NCBI GenBank assembly: GCA_012862495.1
Contig: BLSG01000155.1
Span: forward strand, 67,897 to 101,076
Direction: 5' to 3'
Source of the DNA: Thraustochytrium aureum
Lineage: Eukaryota
DNA: 33,180 nucleotides
The notes under the pieces were generated by a model. That model searched no databases, was not told the origin of the DNA, and worked only from the letters and a program-made list of their open reading frames with translations. Both the position numbers and the translations under genes were made by a program. Below are positions 1 to 11,705 of the stretch, piece after piece. Each line of letters begins with the position of its first letter. Positions within the stretch are counted from its first letter, which is position 1.

Positions 1-20
1 GATGGACGGGGCGAGAGCAG

Positions 21-2938
21 ATGGCGGTCTCGCGGGCGCCGGGGCGCGGCGGAAGGGCGAGCAGAGGGCGGACGCGCGGTAGAGGACGGCGAGGGCCGGC
101 CAGCGCGCATGCTGCGGTGAAGGGCGACGCGCGAGGGAGGCAGAGGAAGAGGGCCGCGTTTGGGTCGCCGGAAGGGGAGATGAACGCGCTGATCGAGCAG
201 ATTGGCGCGGCGAAGGGCGATGTTGTGAACGGGCGCGAGGGGATTGAAGCAGCGCTCAAGGAGCTGATCGAGCAGCGTTCGGTGTACTATCAGGCCAAAG
301 CGGACAAGGAATCCGGCGCGAAGGCCCTGCTGGACACGGAGATCTTGCCGAAGGCTCGCTCGATCGCGCAACAATGCCAGCGCGCACCGAAACGCGACCG
401 GCTGCAGCAGCCGTGCGCAACCGTCTCGCACCCAGAGGCCGAAGCGCTGTTCCTGGACGACGCCTCCCTCGGCAGCCTCTCTTCAGCGGAAGAGGCCCCC
501 AGTGACGACGAGGAAACACTGGCACCAGCGAGTCCACGCAGCGAGGGCCGCGATGCCACTACCCCGGGCGGGGGGGCCCAAAAACACAGCGACAGCAGCA
601 GCAAACGCAAAAGCGGACGCAAAAGCCAAGCCAAAACCAAACCAAACGCGAGCAAACCGCAGGCGCGGGGCGGCCGCGGCGAGCGCGGCAAAAAGTGGTG
701 GAAGGCGCTGACCGACATCGATCCAATCACTGTGGAGGCCATAGCCGACCTCAAGTACCCGCCGTTTGTGATCGAGGTGGGCAGAGAGGCGGGCGGAGGC
801 TCCGTCAAGCACTACTTTGACGGCCAAGTCCTGGCCAACTACATCGTTTCGACAGGCAACTTTGCAAACCCAAACAACCGGCAGCCGCTCGGCCGCACGG
901 TGTGCCAGCGCCTGGACAGCTACCTCGTCGAAAACGGCCTACCGGCAGTCAAGGTCACCGACGCTTTCGACTTGAGCAAGTCGATCAATATCCAGCAGAG
1001 CGTCAACGGCGGCGCTGGTCTAGACGCCGCTGCCGCGAGCCGCGCGGAGGCCATCCGACGCGACGCCACCGTGATGATGAGGTCACTCTTTGACTTTTCG
1101 TATGGGTCGCAGGGCGCGGGGCGAGCTGGAAGCGGGGCCGCCCGGTCTCGCGGCACACAGCAGAGCGACGCGCTGAGCGCGCGCGCGCGGGAGTTTCAGC
1201 CATCAGAGCAAGGCCGCCAGCACGCCTTTGCGGGCTCTCGACTCACCAACAGCGTGCTGCACGCGGACGGCAATATGCGCGTCATTGACGGCAACGGAGT
1301 GGGTCGAGGTCGAGGCCTCACCGCTCGACCTTGAGAGCGAGTTCCCCGCCATGCCGCAGGCCAGCGGGCGCGTCGAGCTCCCAGCGCGCCCACACAACGC
1401 ACGGCCAGACAACCTGTACCCGCCCCTGCCTGGAGCTCCGGCCCCGGTCCAGCCGCGCCAACCTAGCTGGCCCGGGCGTGGCAGCGGCGCTGGCGCGATC
1501 NNNNNNNNNNNNNNNNNNNNNNNNNNNNNNNNNNNNNNNNNNNNNNNNNNNNNNNNNNNNNNNNNNNNNNNNNNNNNNNNNNNNNNNNNNNNNNNNNNNN
1601 NNNNNNNNNNNNGTGGGCCGGCCGGCGATGGCGCAGGGCGGCTGGGGCGCCAAGAGCATGGCCAGCGTTGTGGCGGCGAACGCGGCAACGGTGCCTGCCC
1701 CTGCCCCGGCCCCGTCAATGTCTGCTGCTTCTGCAGCTGCTGCCTTGCACGGCCACACGTATGGAGCACTTGGCGAGACCGCTAGCACCGGGCGGCCAAA
1801 GCTCACCCTCGCTGCAAACCCCACCCTCGCTGCAAAGCCCCTCAGGGCGGGGGTGGAGCGGGCCGGCGGGGCTCGAGCGGCCGCGCCCGTGGCAACTCTG
1901 CATTCGCTCGCGCAGAGCATGTCAAGCAGCGACATGCTGTGCCCGTATCTCCCGAGCTTGGTGGAGCTGGCCCGGACCGTAGGACTCAACGTGTTGGCGC
2001 GGCTAGAGCGCAGGATCTCTGTGTTCGTGCGCTCGCCAGCGGGCCAGCGAAGTGAAATGCTCGAAGAGATGAGCCCGCCAGTAAGGAGCCTCGCTTTCAT
2101 CCTGGCTCGGGATTACTATGGCTTGGACACGGGGGCCGTCGACCCGGGGCCGCGCCGACAGGTCGTCCTGTACAAGGCGCCGCATGCCTCACCACCAGAA
2201 ATCTCACTGACAGAAGCCATGGTCGCCTTCGGGGACCTCTTCGATCTGCAGCGGCCGGGTTTCAAGGACGCTTACGTCGAGGCTGCTCGCTCGCGCGGGT
2301 CGCCGCCCTCGACGCTCTGCATTGCGCTGTGGCGTGTCGAGCCCCTTGGCGGGGGTCGCTTGACCGCTTCGCGTATCGACTCGGCCCTCGCGCCCATCGT
2401 GCGGTCGAGCGCCTACTTTACCAGGGTGCTCGACAACAGAAATGCTATCCTCGAGTTTAGTGAGAGGTCTACTGCGCGCCGAGTGCTTGCCGCGCTGCGT
2501 GCTTCTGCGCCCAACGGCGTCTCGACCTTGACTTGGGCAGCGATGCAGTGGTGGCCCGCCCCCGAGGACTGGGCCAAGTACCAGCTCTACCTCTTCGCGC
2601 AAGCCGACCGCAGCGCTCAGCAGCAGCGCAAAGAGGAGCGCCGGCTGTTGGATCAGGCCGAGCGGCTCCAGCAGGAGCGCCAAATGCGGATGCAGGCGTG
2701 GGCAGGGACAGGTTGGGACGACGACGACGACGACGACGACCAGAACTCCGCCGGCGGCGGGTCCGCTGCCCTGCAGGGAGGAGGTCCGCTGGGCGCGAGG
2801 GCTGCCGCTGGCGCACCGAAAGCAAAGGGGACGAGCGCCCTCACGGCGGCTGCTCAGCGTGGTCGCGCCGCGCAGCGGACGGCGACTGGGCATGGAGGGA
2901 CCGTCTGGGACGAGCTGCGCGACAGCGACGAGGACTAG
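21..2938 (+). CDS. Putative RNA-binding protein with U-box/RING-like domain, PAM2-like motif, degenerate R3H domain and RRM-like domain (one +1 frameshift near 1295; gap 1501-1611)
   Basis: ORF 21..1334 has DPITVEAI...HYFDGQVLANYIVSTGNFANPNNRQPL (U-box-like spacing) and LSARAREFQPS (PAM2-like). Coding sense continues in the +1 frame (EWVEVEASPLDLESEFPAMP). After the gap, ORF 1331..2938 has LERRISVFV...MSPPVRSLAFILARDYYGLDTGAVDPGPRRQVVLYK (R3H/NFX1-like) and VLDNRNAILEFSERSTARRVL (RRM-like), ending TAG 2938. Joining across the gap is inferred. Confidence 0.6.
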
Positions 2939-3827
2939 GGTCCGGCCAAGTGGTTAGCAGAGCCNNNNNNNNNNNNNNNNNNNNNNNNNNNNNNNNNNNN
3001 NNNNNNNNNNNNNNNNNNNNNNNNNNNNNNNNNNNNNNNNNNNNNNNNNNNNNNNNNNNNNNNNNNNNNNNNNNNNNNNNNNNNNNNNNNNNNNNNNNNN
3101 NNNNNNNNNNNNNNNNNNNNNNNNNNNNNNNNNNNNNNNNNNNNNNNNNNNNNNNNNNNNNNNNNNNNNNNNNNNNNNNNNNNNNNNNNNNNNNNNNNNN
3201 NNNNNNNNNNNNNNNNNNNNNNNNNNNNNNNNNNNNNNNNNNNNNNNNNNNNNNNNNNNNNNNNNNNNNNNNNNNNNNNNNNNNNNNNNNNNNNNNNNNN
3301 NNNNNNNNNNNNNNNNNNNNNNNNNNNNNNNNNNNNNNNNNNNNNNNNNNNNNNNNNNNNNNNNNNNNNNNNNNNNNNNNNNNNNNNNNNNNNNNNNNNN
3401 NNNNNNNNNNNNNNNNNNNNNNNNNNNNNNNNNNNNNNNNNNNNNNNNNNNNNNNNNNNNNNNNNNNNNNNNNNNNNNNNNNNNNNNNNNNNNNNNNNNN
3501 NNNNNNNNNNNNNNNNNNNNNNNNNNNNNNNNNNNNNNNNNNNNNNNNNNNNNNNNNNNNNNNNNNNNNNNNNNNNNNNNNNNNNNNNNNNNNNNNNNNN
3601 NNNNNNNNNNNNNNNNNNNNNNNNNNNNNNNNNNNNNNNNNNNNNNNNNNNNNNNNNNNNNNNNNNNNNNNNNNNNNNNNNNNNNNNNNNNNNNNNNNNN
3701 NNNNNNNNNNNNNNNNNNNNNNNNNNNNNNNNNNNNNNNNNNNNNNNNNNNNNNNNNNNNNNNNNNNNNNNNNNNNNNNNNNNNNNNNNNNNNNNNNNNN
3801 NNNNNNNNNNNNNNNNNNNNNNNNNNN

Positions 3828-3869
3828 GCTGCTGCTGCTGTTGCTGGTGGTCGAGGGTCTGGAATGGGC

Positions 3870-3910
<41 letters not shown>
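3828..3910 (-). repeat. (CAG)n microsatellite encoding polyQ/low-complexity tail of WNK
   Basis: Run of ctg triplets on + strand ~3874-3910 and again next to the gap at 3828; further Q-rich runs at 5400-5525. Confidence 0.85.
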
Positions 3911-3912
<2 letters not shown>

Positions 3913-6900
3913 GAGCCCGGCAGGTGCTGCGGCGTGGCGGCTGGAGCGCGGACTTGCACCGGCACCTTGGCTGGCCCAGGCGGCGGCTGAATCGCGGCAG
4001 ACTGCTGCATTGGCTGTGGAGGAGGCTGATGCGGCGCGCCATTCTGCTGTGGCACCTGCGACGGGCCCGTCGATGGGTCGACCAGCGAGCCGGACGAGAC
4101 GCCTCCGAGGTCGGAGGACTTTGCCGCGTACTCGGTCATGAGTCGCTTCTGCATCTGCTCCTTTAGCGTGGTCTTCGGTTTCGCGCTCGTGGAGTCGCCC
4201 TCCTTCAAGGAGAGGCTGTCCATGGCGAAGAGCTTCATCTCAGCCTCTTGGGCCTCCTTCATCTTTCGCTGGCGGATGAGCTCCTTTTCTTCGCGCATGC
4301 GCCGCTCGGCCAGCTCACGTCGGCGCTGCTTGGCTTCGTCCGAGTTGTCGTTCGGGTCTGGAGCTGGCATGGCCAGCTCACCGTCACCCAGGATGCCGGA
4401 GGAGGCCGACAACGATGTCTCGAGCTTGCGCGCAGGGGTCGCGGCGCTTGCAGGCAAGCCCGGCGCGCCGACCGGATCAACAACAGGCTGCTTGCGCCTT
4501 TGCACTTCCTCTTTGCGGCGCGTGATCTCCTCGATCTTTTTCAAATGCTCGGCCTGGATCTTCTCGTAAGATTCGCGGGCCTCGTTGAGGAGCTGGTCGA
4601 TCTCGGCGAGCTCTTGGTCCTCAACAGTGCGAGGTGTCTGTGGCGGAGTTGCGGCCACTGGCGCAAGCGCCCTCGCGTCTGCCACGGCTTCGGCTCGGAG
4701 CTGCTCGTACTTTCGCTGCTCTGCGATAGGCATGCTTGCGATGGAGGGGTGCGGGTAGCCCGGCTGCTCGGCGTACATGCTAAACGCTTCGGCCCGTGCA
4801 GCATCTTGCGCGTCTTGTGCCTGTAGCTGCTGGAGGTGCTCTTGTTCTTGGATCTCACGGCGGTGCTCGTCCTGTCGCCTGGAGATGTGGGCCCTGTACT
4901 CGCTGCCAAAGTGGCCAAGGCGCTGAGCGACGGCTTCCACTTCGCTGGCGGCAAGCCCGAGCGCCTGCCCGAGCTCCCGCGCGAGCTCGTCCGGGGTGTC
5001 GCCCGCCAAGTTGTACTCGAACTGCACTGTCTCCTTGGTGCGCTTCGACGTATTCCGCAGCGTAAACTTGACGTTGAGAACCCCTTCATCTTGCGTTTTG
5101 TTTGGCCCAGAAGCGGCAATTCGCCAGAACCGCCCTCCGGTCCCTGGTGCTGATCCTGGCACGCTCGCGTTGAGACCAGTGATGCTCGAAGCCACTGACG
5201 TTGTTGACATTTGCCGCGTCAAGCCGTGTCTCCCTTGCCTTTGAGCAAACGTTGGCACGTTTGGGGGTGAGGACGACCTCTCCGACGCCCCCGATCCGTG
5301 ATATTGGACCGGCGGCACCGGCGAGACGGGCCGAGAATTGGGCTGAGGGCTCGAGGGCGATTGCTGCTGCGGTATTGCCTGATGAGAGAGCGGCGGCGGC
5401 GGCGGCGGCTGCTGCTGCTGCTGTACTTGCTGCTGCTGGACCTTTGGCGGTTGCTGTTGCTGCTGGACCTTCGGCAGTTGCTGCTGTACCTGAGGCTGTT
5501 GTTGCTGTGCCTGTTGCTGCTGTGGAGGGGGCACTTGATGCACTCCTGCCTCCGGCGTTCCCGGGTCGGGGTGGAGCCGTCGAGATTGGTGGTGGCTTCG
5601 CGGCATTGAGTCGGGAGCCCGAAGCCGGCATTGTCGGCGTTGCGCTGGGTGGTGCGCTGGGCGGTGCGCTGGGGGGTGGTGCAATCGCCTCTCCAGCGTC
5701 GTTTGCTGAGGAAGGCGGCGACACATGGTCCTTGGTGGCTGAGCGGTCGGGAGGCACAATGCCCTGCGTGATCACTAGACGCTGCGAATCCTTACGCGTA
5801 GGGATGACGCGCTCGCTGCAGCGCAAAACCTCGCCGAGGTTGAAAAACTCGCCATCGTCCGCCATGAGCCTTATAAGGTCGGGCTTGACGCTCGCCTCAA
5901 AGTCCTGGTCATTGTACTTGATCGCGAAGGTGCCATCCGCGTTCATGTCCTGGATCTTGCCCTTGAACCACGACGTATGGCCCCCGAACCTTGCCTCAAC
6001 AGCTGTGCCTATTCCGAAGGTCACTCGAACCGACTCGCTTGGCTTGTCCTCGGCCGCGCCTTCGACGACAGCGCCATGATTTGGGTCAAACAGATGAACG
6101 TGGCGACCGTTGTGCGGCGAAGCAAGTCCCGTTGATCCCTTTGGCGGACGCGGGAGACCCGGTCGCGAGGCGTCATCGCGGTCCTGAGGCTCCCCGGAGT
6201 CGCTTGTCTGGTCCACGGTCAGGGGCTCCTTTGTTGAAGGGGCCTGGATGAAAGTCTCGTTGCCGTTGCCGTTGGCAGTAACGAGGGTGGCCGGGCGTGA
6301 GGCAGCGTCCGCGCGCTTCTCCCCGCCAGCGCCGTTTTGGGACTCGTCTCGTGCGACATCGGGGGCGGCCTGGAGCTGGAGCTGGACCGCGCTGTCAGCC
6401 TGGCCGTGCTGGTCCTGCTGCCTTTGCTGTGGTGCTGGGGCTGCTGCTTGCTGCTCTTGCGGCTGACCATGCTGCTCGCTAACGCCTTCCACTGTGGTTT
6501 CCAGGGGTTGGAAGGACGGGTCCCGCTGAAATTCGCCGGCCATGGCCCCGTCGGAAGCGACACCGCTTGGCCCGCCCGTCTTGGTTATGGTGCTCTCGCG
6601 CTTTGGGGGGACCGGCATTGCCATCGGAGATTTCCCGTCCAGCGATGAGGTCGACTGGTCTCGCGCGAGAACTGGCGAGACCTGGTTCGATTTCAGCAGC
6701 TCCTGACAGTCGATGTCGTCGTCCGGGTCGTCCTCGCGCTTGATGAGGAACGGATGGTCTCTGACTTGTGCGGCGCTCGGGCGGCGGTCACCGGGCGCGC
6801 GCATTTTGATGCACTCGTTGATAAAGGCCTTGGCGGGCGACTCGATGAGGCGGTTGAAGCAGTCGGGCACAATGCCAGCGATGACCTTTTTGTAGATTTG

Positions 6901-8282
6901 CGGAGTGCTCGTGCACTCCATAAAGGGCGTCTCCTTGGTGATCATCTCGAGGACGCACATCCCAAACGCGTAGATGTCGACCTGCTCGTCGTACAGCTCC
7001 TCAAACATCTCTGGGGCCATGTACTCTGGCGTTCCTAGCACGCTGCGCGCGGCCCCATTGCGCTGCCAAGACGCCAGGCCCAAATCGCCGATGCGTATGT
7101 CGCCCGTCGAGCCGTTGATAAAAATGTTGTCGCACTTGAGGTCCCGGTGGATGATTGGCGGGTCGTGGTCGTGCAAGTACATGAGCGCATGAAGGATGTG
7201 CCTACACCAGCGCTTGACAATGCGCAAGCGCACTGGCCTGTTCTGGATAAACTCTTTCAGCGTGCCCGAGGCCATCATTTCGGTGATGAATACAACGCTC
7301 TCCGACTCTTTGTTGAGGAAGGAGGAGAAAAAGTGGATGATGCTCGGATGATCCAGCTCTTGGAGGATCTTCATCTCTTGGACGACGCGCTGCCGAGCGG
7401 GAGCTGACATGCCGGTGACCTTGACCGAGTTCCAGGCCACCTCGACGCCCTGTGTCGTGTCATACGCCCGGTACACCTTTTTAAACGCGCCTTCCCCAAG
7501 GAGGTCGTTGAAACGCACGTATCGCCCCGTGGGCGAGGCCTCGACCACTTTTGGGGCGCGCGGCTTTTTGTCAACGAGCACATCGTCATCGTCGTCGCCA
7601 GCGTCCCCTAGCTGGCTCCCGTAGGAGCGCTGCTGAGTGAGCTGCGACTGCGTCGTGGGGGCCTGCGCTGCCTCTTGGGGGGCGGCGGGACGTTGGCCCA
7701 CACCGGCCGCGTGCTGCTTGTCTGCCTCTGTTTCCGCCCGGTGTGTTACCTCAGGTACACTCGCAGTGGCGGAGCCTCCGAGGGCTTGACCGACAGCAGC
7801 CGCGATCGGTCCCTCGCCGCCAGCGGTCGAGGGGGAGGAGGGCGTAGACGAGGAGTCCGCGTGGCTTTGCTCCTCCACTGCCGCTGCCACCGCCGAAGCG
7901 GCAGTTAGCGCGACGATGGCGGCGTCAGCCTTTGTTGCGGCCTGCACCTCTTGCGGCGCGCTCTGGTCTACCGCCTTGTTGGCTGCCCTGATCAGGCTCT
8001 TGTTGTCCATAGAAAAGTCGAACGTAGGCGTTTGCGGGTCTGGTGCTGGCGCCGACGCACCGCCCGCTGGCTCTCGGAAGGACACCATGCGCTTTGGCGT
8101 GGTGCTTCTTGCGCCAGGCAGCAGTGATGCTAATGGCGCGGCCGCGTTTGAGGGCGCGGCCTTGGTCGCGGCGGTACGGGCTTCGGAGCTTGAGGGCTTG
8201 TGATCGTCCCCGTCGTCTTCTTTGCCTCTTTCTGGCTCGGCCTCCGCAGCCGAGATCGGGTTCGCTGTCGTGGGTCGCTCAT
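3828..8282 (-). CDS. WNK: WNK (with-no-lysine) family Ser/Thr kinase with Tudor-like domain, CCT/OSR1-C-like domain and polyQ tail; 3' end in gap
   Basis: Kinase domain ~7525-6740: SPTGRYVRFNDLLGEGAFKKVYRAYD...EVAWN (Lys in the Gly loop, the WNK hallmark), HRDLKCDNIFINGSTGDIRIGDLGLA, GTPEYMAPE. A +1 frameshift near 5560 joins ORF 5086..8730 to ORF 2841..5759. Start inferred at ATG 8282 (needs a -1 correction); in-frame alternative ATG at 8088. Confidence 0.9.
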
Positions 8283-9251
8283 CTTGGCGCGCTGGGATGC
8301 ACGAGGTTTGGGCTTGTTGACCAGGACTTTTCCGAGCCGGGTTGCGACCAGCTCGCCGCCGCGCAAGCGCGGCCTGCGACGCCTTGCCGGCCCCTGCGCG
8401 CGATCGGCGAGTCCTCTGCGGTCCCCTCCCTCCCTCCCGTGCGAGCGAGCGCGCGTCCGTGCGTGCTCGCGCCTTTGCGCGGGTCGTCAGCAGTGCTCGC
8501 GTCGGTGCTCGCTTCTCGGCGCGTCCTGGTGTCGTTCCTTGGGCGATCTCGCCAGGCTCGCCAGCAAGTTGGCCGCTCGCCGCTGTCACGAGCCACGGGG
8601 GGCCGCTCGCGAGGGTCGCACGGGGGGCAGGCGCAGCTCGCAGACGGCCGTGCAGCGCCTCGCAGCGTCGGGTTTGCGTAGCTGCCTGCTGCTGTGGTTG
8701 TGTTTGGGAAGGCACCCCGCCCTGACCCAATGGTTAGGTCGCCAGTACTTACAACGAAATGGGATGGCACAGCGCTTTGTCGTCGATCAACTTTGTCGTC
8801 TTCAGCGAGCCGCCTCCGTGGCGCAGCGAGGCGTCCCTGCTGGTGCTGCCTGGCCTACGCGTAGGTTGGGCAGCGTTGTTTCTTTCACTCTTCTTTTGAG
8901 GTCGCGCCTCCCGTCTTCTAGCACCCAAACGCGTGGAGGACATCATCAAGTGTATGCGATTCCGCCTCGACGCAGGCTGACCGGCCAATTGCGCCATGCT
9001 CGCCCTCGGAAGGCGTCGCTGGCAGCGCTTGAGCACTGCACTGCGCACGCGGTGCTGGCCCCGCTGCTGTCGCGGCACAAGCTGCTTCGCAGCGCGAGCG
9101 GCTCGCGAGTTGATGCGCAGTCGCCGCTTCGATTGGCCACAACGTCGGTTGGCACTTGATGCTGGCGGCCGAGCCAAGAGCGCGGGTCGCACGGGGAAAG
9201 CGTCGCGGCTTTTTGTGGGGGGAATGAAACAAGAGTCTACCTACAGAAGGG

Positions 9252-10160
9252 TCAGAGACCGCACAGGGTCCGGTCGGTGTCTGTAAGCCCGCCAGCAACC
9301 TGCTTGGACACCATGCTCTGGCGGCGCTTGTCAAAGGCCTCCCAGCCTGGCCGGTTCGTCAGCTGGTTCTTGGTGATCCCGTTGCCCTCGAGGCGAAGCC
9401 GCGCGAGCCGCGGAGCTGCAAGCAGCGCGTCCGGAACAGCGCTCAGCTTGTTGTTGGCGAGGAGCACAACGCGGAGGTCGCACTCGCGCCAAGCGCCTCG
9501 TCGACGGTCGCAATTGCGTTGTCGCTGGCGTCGATGGACTCGAGCTTGGGCAAGCGGCCAAGGACACCAGGCAGCAACGCCAGCTGGTTGCCCGACACGT
9601 TGAGCTCCACGAGCCCAGTGGCGAGGCCAAGCGAATCTGGGAGGCCCGTCAGCTGGTTGCCAGCGGCGCTGAGGGTCCTGAGCGATGCCGGCAGGCTGGG
9701 CAGCTCCACGAGCCGGTTCGCGTCCAGCTTGAGCGTTTGTAGGGCAGATAGGGCGCTGAAGGCGGTACTCGGCAGTGACGCGATGCTATTGTTGGCGAGG
9801 TTGAGCGACTTGAGGTTGACGAGGGCGCTGATCCCCGCCGGGACCTCGGTGAGCAGGTTGTTTTGGAGGTCGAGGGTGCGCAGCTGGGGGTGGGGGTGGT
9901 GGTTAGGAAACCGCTGCCGCTTGCGCCAGGACCGTCAACGGCCAACTTACCTTGACAATCGTCAGCACTGCGGGAGGGAGGCGGCTCAGCTTGGCGCCTT
10001 CAAGGCCGAGCGCACCGGTCTTGGCGGCGCGCTCGATCCGCTCCTTCTGCGTTGCTTTGGGGGTCTGTCCTTTGGCAGTAGCACGCTCGGCCGCGCGCGC
10101 CGACCTTCCTACCGGCGCGCTGTCCTGCGCGTCGGCGCTCCCTGAGCAGCAGCCGCCCAT
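9252..10160 (-). CDS. Leucine-rich repeat protein, LRRC57-like; intron 9884-9950; frameshift near 9485
   Basis: Exon 1 MGGCCSGS...RIERAAKTGALGLEGAKLSRLP; GTAAGT donor at 9950, CCTAAC branch, CAG acceptor at 9884; then LRTLDLQNNLLTEVP and repeated LxxLxLxxNxL units; C-terminus LRLEGNGITKNQLTNRPGWEAFDKRRQ resembles the LRRC57 C-terminal segment. Confidence 0.8.
9884..9950 (-). other. Spliceosomal intron (67 nt)
   Basis: GTAAGT...CCTAAC...CCCAG; removal fuses TIVK to LRTLDL in frame. Confidence 0.9.
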
Positions 10161-10752
10161 CGCGCGAGATTGCCAAGCACNNNNNNNNNNNNNNNNNNNN
10201 NNNNNNNNNNNNNNNNNNNNNNNNNNNNNNNNNNNNNNNNNNNNNNNNNNNNNNNNNNNNNNNNNNNNNNNNNNNNNNNNNNNNNNNNNNNNNNNNNNNN
10301 NNNNNNNNNNTCGCGCGGCTGGCCCCTGCTAGGCGTACGGCACCGCTCGGCCAGAGGCCCGGTCGGCCGGCCGGCCGCTCGGCTGGCTCCCTGGCTGCCC
10401 GCTTGGCTGACTCCCTGGCTGCGCGCTTGGCTGGCGCGCGAGGGCTGGGGCGCCGAGCTCTTTTGGGTTTTGGCGCTTTGCAGTCTGCACAGTTGTCGTG
10501 GGCGTCGAGGCCAAGGCCGCTGGAAGGGCAGCCAGCGTTGGCAGACTGGCAAGGCGGCAGGAGCGAGTTACTTGGGCCAAGCTAAACTGGCTGGCTGGCT
10601 CGGTCGGTTGCTTTGGCCAGGCTGAACTGGCTGGCTTACGCAGGTTGAGCTCTCAACCAATACATCTACAACTCTCTCTACTCGCTCGAGCTCTACTACT
10701 AGCTAGTAGAGAGAGCTCGCTCTAGTCTCGTTCCTGCAGTCGACCACGCAGC

Positions 10753-11705
10753 CTAGCCGCGGTTCTCGGCAAGGTCCCACGGCAGCCGGTGGCTAGGGAA
10801 CAGGCGAGGCTTGCAGAAAGCCAGCAAGTCCCTCATCTCGGGACAGGTCTGCGGGTACGAGGACGTCCGAAAGAACGGGTTGCGCTCGAGCCGCTTGGCA
10901 CGCAGAAGTGCGCTATTGCACCCGTACGGGTCGGTGTGGAATGGCACCGCGGCGGCCTTGTGTTCCCACCGAACAAACGCGTCGCGGCGGGCGCGAAAGG
11001 CGGCCGAATCGGGGTCGACGCCGACAAATGTAAACTCTGCCTCAGGGAAGCGCACCGCCTCACGATGCAGGACCTGGAAACGCTCCCTCTTGAACGAAAA
11101 GCTAACGACCGTGACCTTTTGCCGGGTACGCGCCAGTGACCTCGCGAAAGCGGCACAAGGAGAACATAAGGTTTTGCAGCGAGTCGGTGGCGAACTCTTC
11201 AAGCACCGCGCGCGGTCGCACTTGCGCCCCCATGCCCCACCAGTTAAGCTGGTCGGCGAGCAGAAAGTAGGACCCTGCCTCGGACCTCGGACCGGCATCC
11301 ACCCGCGTCTGCCCCCCACTAAAGACGAGCATTGCGTGTGGGGTCCTCCTGAGCCAGCTTGACGCCGGCCTGAACGTGCGCGGCGAAGGCCGCGGGCATG
11401 CCCGCGTTGCGCTGGTAGTCTAAAAGCATCCAGCTCTCGTCTCGCACGTCAGCTCCTTCCAGCGCCCCAGCGACAGTCACGCTGTGCCCAGCAACAATCA
11501 CGAGGTTGACGCAACGCGAAGCTGCCACGGGATCAAACGGCGCTAGCCCTGCCTGGCCTCGCAAACCTTGGAGCCAAGCAGCTGGCTGCGACCTTCTGGC
11601 CCCAACGTCGAGCACAAGCCGACTCGTTGCTACAATCGAGAAAACCACAAACCCCACCACCAAAGCAACGACCCGCAACCTCCTCTCGAGCGCCATTTGA
11701 TGCAT
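10753..11705 (-). CDS. DUF218-like protein (resembles the yeast YOR238W / S. pombe C57A10.07 family) with N-terminal signal anchor; two +1 frameshifts (~11337, ~11118)
   Basis: Three consecutive ORF pieces give LVIVAGHSV...HVQAGV...MLVFSGGQTR..AGPRSEA.SY...EEFATDSLQNLMFSLCRF.EVTGAYP.KVTVVSFSFKRERF..LHR.A.RFP...DPYGC..L..KR..RNPF. Hydrophobic segment VVALVVGFVVFSIVA near the start. ATG at 11705 or 11696. Confidence 0.8.

Noticed and set aside
1285..1320. Ultra-short (10-16 nt) GT-AG introns as the general cause of the frameshifts
   Set aside because: It fits this site by chance, but conserved motifs at the DUF218-like and PEN-2 sites leave no removable sequence, and the clear introns here are 67-180 nt with branch points.
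2533..4042. Long ORFs crossing N gaps (also 31017..32654, 31357..32682 and others)
   Set aside because: Their length comes from N runs that hide stop codons.
8200..9334. Overlapping ORFs 8200..9159, 8749..9192 and 8918..9334
   Set aside because: Arg/Ala/Pro-rich translations without motifs, typical of spurious ORFs in high-GC intergenic DNA.
10753..11705. Calling the frameshifted genes pseudogenes
   Set aside because: Motifs are intact, there are no in-frame nonsense codons after correction, and the same indel pattern affects the normally essential DHX37.
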